Shown here: one piece after another, positions 54,720 through 64,000 of the stretch
How the letters are laid out: the number at the start of each line of letters is the position of its first letter
Position numbering within the stretch: position 1 is the first letter of the stretch
DNA from: a virus
Direction: 5' to 3' (one strand)
Virus record (IMG/VR): IMGVR_UViG_3300013103_000001
Span: 5,424-69,423 of that record
DNA length: 64,000 nucleotides
Notes under the pieces: generated by a model
What the model was told of the DNA's origin: nothing
Database searches by the model: none
The model's input: only the letters and a program-made list of their open reading frames with translations
Made by a program: the position numbers and the translations under genes

Positions 54720-57700
54720 TTATTTACTCCTTTTTCCTTTAGTCTTTTTGATAAATTTTTCCTTTAGCACTTCAGGGACCTCTTTTTTCTTTGAAAAGAA
54801 CTTCTTATATACAAAGTATACTGCAGCTACGACTATCACTATTATCGACAAAATAAGGCCTCCAATAGTAACAGGCTTAAACTCTATATCTCTGAAGTAA
54901 AGGTAGACTTCATTCTCTCCTTTCACTAAACTCAAATTGTCTAGTTTATAATAGTGGCCCTTTAATATAGCCATTGCCCTGACTTCATCTTCAGACAGCC
55001 CAGAAAATACCTTTCGAGACTTCACTTTTAAGTCTGAAGTCAGGAGAGCGACGCCTCTCAAATCGAAGGCTACTACGATTTTAACTGAATATATGTTTGA
55101 AGACACGAATTTTTCTTCGATTCTAATAATTGGGGTTGCTTCAAAATAGACATACGCTGTTGAAAGAGGGTTTGCCCACCCTTCAAAGAAGATTGTCCCG
55201 TTCATCACATATTCTATATCATACCTCGTCCCGTCACCTAAATAAATAGCATAAACACTCCAGTTCGAGCTTACGTTCACGTACCAATATCTAGACGTAA
55301 AGTCGAAGTCGAGGTATGCTCTTAAAAACACTTTTTCTCCAGGAGAAATGATGACGTTCTTGTCAGGGACGATTTTTGTGATAGTAGCAAAAGGGACTGG
55401 AGCTCTCCCTATGAGAACCCACTTTTCGTAAGGTGACGACTGAGAAAGAGAAAATTTCAGAACACAGACTTGAATTTCCTCTGCATTAGAGTAAAATGTT
55501 CTGTTCTCGTAATAAACACTCCAACTTTCCATAAAGTGTGAATGGTCCACTCCAGCATCTCTTAAGTCGACGATAAATGTCCTGTTGTTTATCACAAACG
55601 ACGTTATAATTGTGGCTTTGACTTCTGTATAGACTCCTGTGTCGACAATAAGAGAGAGCTGGACTTCTACTCTCTTCCCTTGTATTATATACCCTTGACG
55701 TGGGAAAGTAGTGTTATCGTCCTCTATTGTGGCAAAGAAAACAACGTAATTGCTGCTATAGTTTTCTACATTTTTATAGAACGAACCGTTCTCAAAGTAA
55801 ATATCCCAGATTTGATACTCGTTTGCTAAGTCTGGGAGTAAGACAACTCTGAGGCTATTGTCCACTCCAGAAAAAGTGTTGAGCGTGTATTTTAGTCGCA
55901 CGAGAGAAGTAGTCTCTGAAATCAACTCTAAACTGTCAGAGAACCCGAATATTTCATACTTAGACGTGAAAGAAATATTAGGGAGAGTGAAACTGTAGAC
56001 ATAGTCCCCTAGATGTTCTATAGCTATGTCTGTTTTTTTTCCGTTAATGACTACTCCCCAAAATTCGAGAGGCCTTTCGAGCCATTTAGATAAATCTAAA
56101 GCGACTAGAATCGGGTCTGAAGAATTTTCAAGGACATTTACTACCATCTTTGCTCCAAAATGAGTCCAGTTGGAGTAGTATACACTGCCATCAGTAATAG
56201 TGATCAAAGTACCATACCCTTTGATCGTAAAGTTAGCAGTTTCGTTTACAAAAAGAGTAAACCTTACGTGATAGCCTATTCTTCGAATATCAGTGCTAAG
56301 GTACGAACCGTTACCGGAAAAGACTGCCCAATAGTCCAAGAAGACGAGGTAGTCTGACAAGTCTAAGTCGAACTGGACGTCGCCAACTTTCACATAAGAG
56401 ACAACAAAAAGGTCGACTTCCATATACATCCCAAGCTCGTGCTCGACTACTTGATATGAATAAGACCAAGAATACCCGCGAATAGAATAAGTGAAGTGTC
56501 TAGAGTGTACTACAACAACTAAGTAGTTAGAATATTGAATAAGTTCTTCTATTTTTGAGCCATTTTCATACTCTAAATAATAAGAAATATACCCTGAAAT
56601 ATTATAGCCCATACTTCCTTCGGAGATGTAAGGCTGGAAGAACTCATATACGTCAAACTCTGTATTTGCTTTAATAGTGAAGCTGAGGTCGAAGTAATTG
56701 TTCCTTTGCGCGACCATTTCTCTTTCGACTATCCAGCTGTAAGACTTCAAGATATATCTCCCTTTGAACGAGACTGTCACTAAAAACGTGTTGTCAGGCC
56801 TCTTGATAAATTCAGATGAGTTATAGACGAGCATCTCTGTAGCGACAGATATAACACTCACATATATAATAGAAGAGGGCTTAAACCCACTCCCAGTGTC
56901 TATTTCTAGAGTGTATTTGTACACCTTTGCTGAGAGGTGCTCGTATGTGCTCTCCCAAACAGCGAAGTCTCCGTTCGAGAATGGAGTGCTCGCTATTATT
57001 TGAGACCCGTTCCTGAATACTCTATAATAGCCTGAACTAGCCAAAGCCCACTTCAAAGTGAATTTGTAATTGACGTAAGCTCGAAATGTCGAGTTTGCAG
57101 TCATGTTAGCTACATACGTCGTGAAATCGAGCCTCGATATGTTAACATATAGCACGAAGTCGTTGTCTCCAAAAATGGAGTAAAAGTGGCTCTCAAATTT
57201 ATCAGAATAGACATATATCTTTTGCCCGTAATACTTCCCTCTCTGGACTAGAGTAGTATTGTCGAGAAAAATTTTATACTCACTTTGAGAAGAAAGGTTA
57301 AACACTAAAAGGGCGTCAATCCCTGAGAGCAAAGAAACATTTAGCGACTTATTTGCTCTAATTACGTACATGAAGTCTCTCCACAACTCGAATTTCTTGT
57401 AGTTAGCGACCGTCGCATTTGAAATAGTGCAGTCTTGTACCCACGAATAACTCCCAAACTCAGCCAGTGAGTTTACATTTATAGAGACCTCGTTGTATGT
57501 TTCGTTATTGATGTCCATGAAAACTTTGTCCCTGGCCCAATTGTACCCGTGGACGTAGTAAGTGCCGCTCTGGTAGACTGTAATATTATACCTTTTCTCA
57601 GGTATGTTCACGCTCACGTTGTATTCGTACATAGTCCCGTTCCCAAAATACCAAGAGTACAAGGAGTAATCTTCGCTGACATCGACGTCATTGAAGACTA

Positions 57701-60700
57701 AAGGCCTATATAAAGAGTACTCTCTAAATTGATAGTCTGAAATAACGTTTACTTTCACTCTCAAGAACGTGCTGTTCCTGTCGATAATTGAAGTCTGGAC
57801 TAAGTAGTTGTAGCCTATGAGATAATAGACTCCAGTGTCGTTAAAAGAGTATATAAAGCGGTTTAAAGAGACTTCAACATTATTATCAATCAGAGAATAA
57901 CTTTGGTTATAAAGACAGTATAAGACGTACTTCCCAGTAAAATTGTAAGAGCCGAAAATTAAGTCGAAAGAGACTTGATAGCGTTTAAAATCGAGGAGGC
58001 TTGCTATTTTAATCTCAACGTGGCCTTTTATGTCAGTCATATTTATTAGAGACTGGGAGACGTAGTAATCGTAACCGCGGAGTTCGAACTCGGAGTCTCC
58101 AGAAGAGTTCAAGTAAGGGATATATACTGTAATGATCTCGTCACCATAAGACATATATTGAGACGTGTTCTGGACGAAAGGGCTCACTTGATAGAACTCC
58201 CAAACTTTCATTTGAGAGAACGAATGTTCTAAATCGTTTATTTCTATTTTAAGACCGCTTGAAGTCAAGTAGACTGTGTTCCCAGATGTGAGTGTTGGGT
58301 CTGCAAAAATTTGCGGTAGGGACTTCTCGGGCTGGTACTTAAACGGGCTGTTCACCGTGTTGTTGCTCGGAGTCCTTACGACGACTCGATACCTCATGAA
58401 AGTCTGATTTAAATAATCAAAAACGTAGTCGTAATCTAACTTGTAAGCATAAAGATAGAAGATAGTCGAATATCTCCCGTAGATTGGAGTTAAGCCGAGG
58501 TCCTTCGGCTTGAATATAACATGATCTGAGTAAGCTCTTAAGTTGAACTCGTCTGAGACTATAGTGTTGTTCCATTGGAGCTCCCAAAATACGACGTATT
58601 GGACGTCTGCTATCTTCGTGTCCACGTCGTCTCGAGTGTCTTTCGTTACGTAGAGCTCAGTCTCGATTACAGAGAGGTCTTCGCCTGAAATTTCAATTGT
58701 GAATTTGTATTGAAGCTGGTCGAGTGGAGTGAGTTCTAAGTGGACTTCAGTCCTGTAGCCCACGAGGTCAAAGATATTATTAGTCTCGTTCACCTCAGTT
58801 ATATAGAACTGATACTTGATGTTTGTCATGCTAAAATTATAGTTTGGGATAATTTCTGTATAGTTCTGGTACTGAGTAGAATAGTTATAAATCACTGCTA
58901 CTCCTCGACTGTTATGATAGAATTTCCACGTCGAAAAAACATCTATATTAGTCGAACTAAATGTGATGTCTATGTAGATTGGGCTTACTCCGAGTGATGT
59001 CGTATTAAGAGCTTCAACTTTTAAAGTGTTAACTTGTACTCTGTATAGTATCATACTCCCTGTCTCCTCGACGAACGCGTTTTCGTCGTCTAGAGGGACG
59101 ACTTCGTACCCATAACCAGACACGGTAAACACGGTAAGGCTCCCTGAAAAGTCTGTAACTTCCCACGTCACTGACGTGACGGTAGACTCAACGATAGTGT
59201 ACGACGTGTTGTCAGAATAGACTTCCCAATACCACTTCTCTGTCGTCGCTCTGTCTTTTACTGTGCAAGTCACCCGGTCCCAAGGGTGAGAGAGGTTATG
59301 AAATTCATGAGAATATTCGACTGTGACTCTATACTGTTCTAATTTAAAGTTGTCAGTCGTTAAGAGCTGAGAGACTTCATAAGCATACCCTGTGATAATA
59401 AATACATAATCAGCTTGGAGCCCACTCACTGTGTCATTCAAAAGAGCTGGGAGGTCGAAATAAATAGTAGACGAGTCAAATCTAGAGATATTAATAGTCT
59501 TGTCCCCTAATTTTGTTTCCCAAAAGATTTTAGAGTAGTAGTCTTCTACATTTATAGCTACTTCTCTGTCTTTCCCAGTCAAGTTTAAGTCTCGGAGGAC
59601 TGTGACCTCTGTTTTAACTACTTTTTCTTTCGTCACGTCGTTATAAACGTATGAGTACGCTCTCCAGCTGTAGCCGTGGACTATATATGTCCTAGTGCTA
59701 GCAGGCATAGAGATTGTGAACTCAATAGAGTCCGCCGTAAGAGTGAAATCGAGAGACACGTTTTGATAAGTGAGTTCCCAGTACTCGTATTCATAAATAT
59801 TTACAATAGGGACTGTAATACTTTCGTTTACTACAGACTTATTGTGAAGAGTTTGAATTTCTACTTCATAGACTTCTTCGAGGTCTATGCTCTGAGTCCG
59901 AGTGACTTCGACGCTCACTCCAAACCCATATAAGTTATAAGTGAGTGAGCCTCTCGAGAAATTCGGGACAGTTATAGAAATAATATTAACTCCAGATAGA
60001 AGAGAAAAATAACCTGTGAGGTTTTCACCGTCCTCATAACTCCCGTAATAGATCTCCCAAGCTCTATAGATAGCAGGGTCGATTTCAGTTATATCTATTG
60101 TCATTTCAGTGTAATTTACTACTTTGTCGTGGCCTGCTGAGATTTCTATTGAATACCTAACAAGTAAGTCCGCGTCTTGCAAAAGTATTTGGTCTATACT
60201 CCAAGTGTAGACCCTGATTTGAAACGTTGTAGTGAGAGAAGAGACGTTGTAAAGGCGCCAGTGGACCTGTGTGAACGAGTCCACTGTAAAGTCATAGGGA
60301 GTAGTGACGTTTTCGTTATTCAACCAGAGTTCTAAGACACTCCAAGAGCTATCTCTAGAGATTTCTACAGAGACTATGGTCCCGTTTTCGATCGAATTAG
60401 TGTTAGCAGTTTCTATTTTCACGTCATATCTTTTTTCGACGTCAGAAGTGTACGTGAGCTGAGGAGAGTGCACTTTATATGAATACCCTTTGACGTTAAA
60501 GATGACGAAATCTGGAAATGAGCGGACCAAATCGGCGGCTAGACAAGCTTCTATGGAAGGGACTACCCACTCTACTCTGTCTACGTAGACAGAGAACTGC
60601 CAAGAGCTGTTGTCAGTGAAGTCAATGAGGCTGCCGTTTTTAGTCCCTGCAGTGAGAGTCCAGTAGTAGTAATCAACTGCCTCTGGGACTATGACATAAA

Positions 60701-63700
60701 GAGTAGTATTTGGAGCGAGGCTGTCATTTCTCGGGAGAGAAAGAGTACAAGTGTAGAATATCTTGAGTTCATCTTGAGAGATTTTCTCGCTAGTGGTCCC
60801 AGGTTTATAGCCCTGTATTTCTAAGTAAATAGGGCTAGTGTCGACATGAGTCAAGTTGACGTTTATGTGGTCAGCATAAGCGTCTTCCGACTGGTTGAAA
60901 TAAAAAGTGCAATAGTCTCCTGTGACTGTCCATACTTCAAAATCTAATACATTTAATATATCTGCTCTTATGACTCCACCGCCTACTTCATTGACAGCAT
61001 CTACATCATTTGTCTCTACAATTATACGGTAATGAGCGTAAGTCTCAGTTTCTTCTATATAATCTTGAGTATATTTCCAAGAATACCCGTGTATATAGAA
61101 TACTACCTGTTTAACGTCTAAAGTAGGCACTGTAATAAGTAAAAAGTCAGAGTAGGAAGTATCGATCTCCCAAGGTTGTTGGACTGCTCCTCTAAAAACT
61201 TTCCAAATCAAATACTGGCTTACTGGAGCTGATATCTGCACTGTGGTATTAACAAATAAGTCCGGTCTAGTAGAATACATATTTACCTCATACTTTATAA
61301 ATGTTGTAGTAGTACCCGATAACTCATAATAATCTATAAAAACTTTATATGCCCTTATTTTATACTCTTGTACTGTCTGAGTCACACTTGGAATATTTAT
61401 ATATACAATCCCATCTATTTGTCTAATATCGTATAGCTCAGATAAATCAGCCCCTGCCTTAAACTTATGATATATAGTTATATAGTCTATATATGAACCT
61501 TCACCATTAAAAATAAGTCTATTTATTATTGTCGAAAAATTAAACTTGGGACTAACTAAATCATCTAAAGAAAACCATATTTGTGAGTTCTCAATATATA
61601 ATATTAGTTCGTGCCATTTTCCGAATTGAACAGAAATGTTCGTGACTATGTAAGTAGCGTTATACCGAATAAATAAGTACTTAGTATACCTATCGAGCCC
61701 TATTTGAATATTTGGCAGATAAGTTATATTTAACAGACTACTGTTCATATTACTTAAATATATATATGTGATTATTTTCCCTTCAGACACATTAGTGAAC
61801 AGTGGAGAAATAGCACTACCTAAACAGACTGAGTAAGGGAAGTTATAATATAAATTTTTTGTAATTGTCCCTAGACCACTCCAACCATACTGCCCATCAA
61901 TGACTCCTTGTGTAAAGTGGCCGTTGAACCGCTCAGAATATAGTAGCTTATAAAAGTCATTTTGGAGTTCTATAGTCCAGTATTGATATTCTCCAAAGTT
62001 AGGGAGAGTGACAATAACATCTTGTAACCAATAGTAAGAACTTATCTCTAGATCAGCTTCTAAATAAGTGCTATTAGATTTGACTAAACTAGTAGAAATA
62101 TCCCACCCTGGGTCTATTTTATACGAAATATCAAAAATATCATCTTTATTAAATGGAGACTCTAGTCCGCTAGAAGAGAAATAATAATATTTTCCGTAGT
62201 GATATACATGTGGAATAATTTCTCCTGTACTCCTCCTAGTCAAGGTTATAGACCCGACGTAATTAGGCTCTACAAAATAAGCATACTGAAAATCATAAAT
62301 TAAATAAAGAGTCGTAACATAGTCTATTAGTGTATTATTATATGCAGGCATTTCTACCTGGTCTCTCGGCTCTTTAGCAAGACAGTAAACGTCACTTTTT
62401 GTAATAATTTTTAAGTCTAACCTAGTCCCATTAATGACAACGTCATTTGGGTCTAGGACGGCATTAAGCTCACTAGTAGATATTTCCGCGCTCTCATTCC
62501 CACCAGTAATGCTAACCTCAGTCCAATCAGTGCTCTCTGTCCTAATGTATACAAATTTGGAGAAACAATTATATAACTTCACAGTAGGTAAACTTAAGTT
62601 AAGAGGAGGCTTCCAATAAAACATAAGTGTCCTTATCCCTTGTAATAGCGGAGTAGAAGAATTATAAAAGTGCCCAGTAACTGTTAAGTCTACCCGAGCA
62701 GGGTACCTAGATGTTATATTTAACTGTCTAGATTCAAATATACCTTTAAGTATTGCTGAATGTAGACCAGTAGGTTCTGGAGAGATATTATTTACTTTTA
62801 ACATTATCTCGTCTGGTTGTGCATAAACTAAAAATTCGACTTTAGTAATATTAAATAGTACGTCATATATAGCTTTGGATACATTAACAACAAATGTTAA
62901 ATTAAACTTGAACTTACGGACATAATAAGGTAACCTAATTCTAGTCTTGTTATATAAGCTGAGGTTATAACTCCCCATAAATTGTCCGTCAGACGAGACA
63001 TTAATTATATAATATACTTGTATATTACCTGAACCTAGATAGTCTGTTAATGTAACATTCCCTATGTAATCAATAAAGAAATCAGTCTCTGCCTTAAAAA
63101 AGCCAACCTCTAAATTGGAAATGGTATGCTCTACAATACAAGTATCCGAAGCCGCAGTATGGAGTTTGAATATATTTGGGTATAATACGACTCCTCTGGT
63201 AATAACTTCGATTGCGTCTAGTTCTATGAAAGCTCTAGGGTGTCTAGGAGGAGTTGGCCACGCATAACCTATAGTCTGGACATAGAAAACTAATTTGCTC
63301 CCGACTACATAGTCCTCTGTAAGGTAGAACGTGAGGTCAGTATAAGACGTAGCTACCATACCATCCCACCACCCTATTGTTTCCCAGGTCTTTTTGATAT
63401 AATTATACGCGCTGACTTTTGTTATAGCAGGTTCAGTCTGTCCATAAGTGTAATTTACTTGCCGAAACTTATATAGTTTTAGTATAACTCCATCAGTAGA
63501 CGTCTTAACTGGTACGGTAAAGTAGCACCGGATGCCAGGATAATCTAATGAATAATCTTTTTCATTAATAGCAAACACTGAAAAGAAATCACCATCGACG
63601 TATTTAAGAGAACTTGCACCTCCAATGATAGAAAAATTAGTGTACGCTCGGTATACTATTGGGTCTATTTCAGTAGCATTATTGTACTTAAAAGTGTTAT

Positions 63701-64000
63701 ATTTTATAATATGGACCACTTCAACTGCACCTTTCTCTGCTGTTAAAGAGACTGCGTCGACTCCAAACAATAGATCTGGACTATTGTAACCGTTATGAAA
63801 GTCATTATGAGTAAAATAAGCTTTGATCCTCACTAAACTATCTCCTATATTGCTAATAAAGTTCTTCTTGTTAGCACAAGAAAAGAAATAATTGACCTCA
63901 TACCCTCTTTTCTCATAAGGTTGGAGGATAGGTTTAAAAGCAGTGAGGTTGATATATTTGTTATTTACATAATCGTAGACGCTAACTATAAATTGTGCTG
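54720..64000 (-). CDS. Giant (>3,090 aa) membrane-anchored beta-rich repeat glycoprotein; 5' end outside the window
   Basis: Frame stays open from GTG 63833 to the window edge; about 20 repeats ending in [FY]x[IV]xG[YF]; LamG-like insert; many sequons; C-terminal TM plus Lys-rich tail. Confidence 0.85.
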   Translation of the reverse strand, partial: AQFIVSVYDYVNNKYINLTAFKPILQPYEKRGYEVNYFFSCANKKNFISNIGDSLVRIKAYFTHNDFHNGYNSPDLLFGVDAVSLTAEKGAVEVVHIIKYNTFKYNNATEIDPIVYRAYTNFSIIGGASSLKYVDGDFFSVFAINEKDYSLDYPGIRCYFTVPVKTSTDGVILKLYKFRQVNYTYGQTEPAITKVSAYNYIKKTWETIGWWDGMVATSYTDLTFYLTEDYVVGSKLVFYVQTIGYAWPTPPRHPRAFIELDAIEVITRGVVLYPNIFKLHTAASDTCIVEHTISNLEVGFFKAETDFFIDYIGNVTLTDYLGSGNIQVYYIINVSSDGQFMGSYNLSLYNKTRIRLPYYVRKFKFNLTFVVNVSKAIYDVLFNITKVEFLVYAQPDEIMLKVNNISPEPTGLHSAILKGIFESRQLNITSRYPARVDLTVTGHFYNSSTPLLQGIRTLMFYWKPPLNLSLPTVKLYNCFSKFVYIRTESTDWTEVSITGGNESAEISTSELNAVLDPNDVVINGTRLDLKIITKSDVYCLAKEPRDQVEMPAYNNTLIDYVTTLYLIYDFQYAYFVEPNYVGSITLTRRSTGEIIPHVYHYGKYYYFSSSGLESPFNKDDIFDISYKIDPGWDISTSLVKSNSTYLEADLEISSYYWLQDVIVTLPNFGEYQYWTIELQNDFYKLLYSERFNGHFTQGVIDGQYGWSGLGTITKNLYYNFPYSVCLGSAISPLFTNVSEGKIITYIYLSNMNSSLLNITYLPNIQIGLDRYTKYLFIRYNATYIVTNISVQFGKWHELILYIENSQIWFSLDDLVSPKFNFSTIINRLIFNGEGSYIDYITIYHKFKAGADLSELYDIRQIDGIVYINIPSVTQTVQEYKIRAYKVFIDYYELSGTTTTFIKYEVNMYSTRPDLFVNTTVQISAPVSQYLIWKVFRGAVQQPWEIDTSYSDFLLITVPTLDVKQVVFYIHGYSWKYTQDYIEETETYAHYRIIVETNDVDAVNEVGGGVIRADILNVLDFEVWTVTGDYCTFYFNQSEDAYADHINVNLTHVDTSPIYLEIQGYKPGTTSEKISQDELKIFYTCTLSLPRNDSLAPNTTLYVIVPEAVDYYYWTLTAGTKNGSLIDFTDNSSWQFSVYVDRVEWVVPSIEACLAADLVRSFPDFVIFNVKGYSYKVHSPQLTYTSDVEKRYDVKIETANTNSIENGTIVSVEISRDSSWSVLELWLNNENVTTPYDFTVDSFTQVHWRLYNVSSLTTTFQIRVYTWSIDQILLQDADLLVRYSIEISAGHDKVVNYTEMTIDITEIDPAIYRAWEIYYGSYEDGENLTGYFSLLSGVNIISITVPNFSRGSLTYNLYGFGVSVEVTRTQSIDLEEVYEVEIQTLHNKSVVNESITVPIVNIYEYEYWELTYQNVSLDFTLTADSIEFTISMPASTRTYIVHGYSWRAYSYVYNDVTKEKVVKTEVTVLRDLNLTGKDREVAINVEDYYSKIFWETKLGDKTINISRFDSSTIYFDLPALLNDTVSGLQADYVFIITGYAYEVSQLLTTDNFKLEQYRVTVEYSHEFHNLSHPWDRVTCTVKDRATTEKWYWEVYSDNTSYTIVESTVTSVTWEVTDFSGSLTVFTVSGYGYEVVPLDDENAFVEETGSMILYRVQVNTLKVEALNTTSLGVSPIYIDITFSSTNIDVFSTWKFYHNSRGVAVIYNYSTQYQNYTEIIPNYNFSMTNIKYQFYITEVNETNNIFDLVGYRTEVHLELTPLDQLQYKFTIEISGEDLSVIETELYVTKDTRDDVDTKIADVQYVVFWELQWNNTIVSDEFNLRAYSDHVIFKPKDLGLTPIYGRYSTIFYLYAYKLDYDYVFDYLNQTFMRYRVVVRTPSNNTVNSPFKYQPEKSLPQIFADPTLTSGNTVYLTSSGLKIEINDLEHSFSQMKVWEFYQVSPFVQNTSQYMSYGDEIITVYIPYLNSSGDSEFELRGYDYYVSQSLINMTDIKGHVEIKIASLLDFKRYQVSFDLIFGSYNFTGKYVLYCLYNQSYSLIDNNVEVSLNRFIYSFNDTGVYYLIGYNYLVQTSIIDRNSTFLRVKVNVISDYQFREYSLYRPLVFNDVDVSEDYSLYSWYFGNGTMYEYNVSVNIPEKRYNITVYQSGTYYVHGYNWARDKVFMDINNETYNEVSINVNSLAEFGSYSWVQDCTISNATVANYKKFELWRDFMYVIRANKSLNVSLLSGIDALLVFNLSSQSEYKIFLDNTTLVQRGKYYGQKIYVYSDKFESHFYSIFGDNDFVLYVNISRLDFTTYVANMTANSTFRAYVNYKFTLKWALASSGYYRVFRNGSQIIASTPFSNGDFAVWESTYEHLSAKVYKYTLEIDTGSGFKPSSIIYVSVISVATEMLVYNSSEFIKRPDNTFLVTVSFKGRYILKSYSWIVEREMVAQRNNYFDLSFTIKANTEFDVYEFFQPYISEGSMGYNISGYISYYLEYENGSKIEELIQYSNYLVVVVHSRHFTYSIRGYSWSYSYQVVEHELGMYMEVDLFVVSYVKVGDVQFDLDLSDYLVFLDYWAVFSGNGSYLSTDIRRIGYHVRFTLFVNETANFTIKGYGTLITITDGSVYYSNWTHFGAKMVVNVLENSSDPILVALDLSKWLERPLEFWGVVINGKKTDIAIEHLGDYVYSFTLPNISFTSKYEIFGFSDSLELISETTSLVRLKYTLNTFSGVDNSLRVVLLPDLANEYQIWDIYFENGSFYKNVENYSSNYVVFFATIEDDNTTFPRQGYIIQGKRVEVQLSLIVDTGVYTEVKATIITSFVINNRTFIVDLRDAGVDHSHFMESWSVYYENRTFYSNAEEIQVCVLKFSLSQSSPYEKWVLIGRAPVPFATITKIVPDKNVIISPGEKVFLRAYLDFDFTSRYWYVNVSSNWSVYAIYLGDGTRYDIEYVMNGTIFFEGWANPLSTAYVYFEATPIIRIEEKFVSSNIYSVKIVVAFDLRGVALLTSDLKVKSRKVFSGLSEDEVRAMAILKGHYYKLDNLSLVKGENEVYLYFRDIEFKPVTIGGLILSIIVIVVAAVYFVYKKFFSKKKEVPEVLKEKFIKKTKGKRSK

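Noticed and set aside
283-62619. Numerous plus-strand ORFs (e.g. 20942-21646, 30970-31521, 53256-53855)
   Set aside because: Ser/Phe/Leu-rich antisense shadows of well-supported minus-strand genes.
1-64000. Alternative genetic code (stop reassignment)
   Set aside because: TAA, TAG and TGA all terminate full-length conserved genes, and coding density is high under the standard code.
1-64000. tRNA, rRNA, transposase or reverse transcriptase/DGR
   Set aside because: No cloverleaf, rRNA, DDE/HUH transposase or YxDD RT motif noticed by eye; a tRNAscan/Infernal run would be needed to exclude short RNAs.

Overview
About 64 kb of a large archaeal double-stranded DNA virus or virus-like extrachromosomal element. 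Nearly all genes are on the minus strand and tightly coupled (ATGA/TAATG overlaps). Signals are archaeal: GGTGA/GGAGG ribosome-binding sites, TATA boxes about 22-25 nt upstream of leaderless ATGs, and U-tract terminators. The host is probably anaerobic (class III NrdD, U32 Fe-S hydroxylase); an Asgard host is plausible from the NrdD and surface-protein style but is unproven. The window encodes a near-complete replication/repair set: PolB, fused PriS-PriL primase, FEN1, ATP-dependent ligase, an MCM-like helicase next to an iteron-bearing origin, Hel308, XPF, SSB, a Sak4-like ATPase, a PD-(D/E)XK exonuclease, UDG and a serine resolvase. It also has a nucleotide-metabolism block, a MoxR AAA+/VWA pair, many membrane proteins and two large membrane-anchored Ig-like glycoproteins (one >3,000 aa). 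No capsid, portal or terminase is recognisable. Main discoveries: (1) twelve otherwise diverse proteins share an N-terminal leader M-S-[KRQ]-P-[STK]-(basic stretch), suggesting a dedicated sorting or virion-loading signal; (2) a candidate oxygen-independent base hydroxylation plus glycosylation pathway (U32 hydroxylase, dNMP kinase fused to a catalytically dead dCMP deaminase, SurE, dUTPase-like enzyme, RGP/UDP-arabinopyranose-mutase-like protein, GT-B); (3) a stand-alone Csx15 homologue, a candidate anti-type III CRISPR factor; (4) a TGTTCAAAAA motif linking promoters, the resolvase site and the origin; (5) several hidden ORFs lacking ATG/GTG/TTG starts; (6) an expanded paralog family built from one repeated module. 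All family calls come from motif recognition by eye, not database searches.
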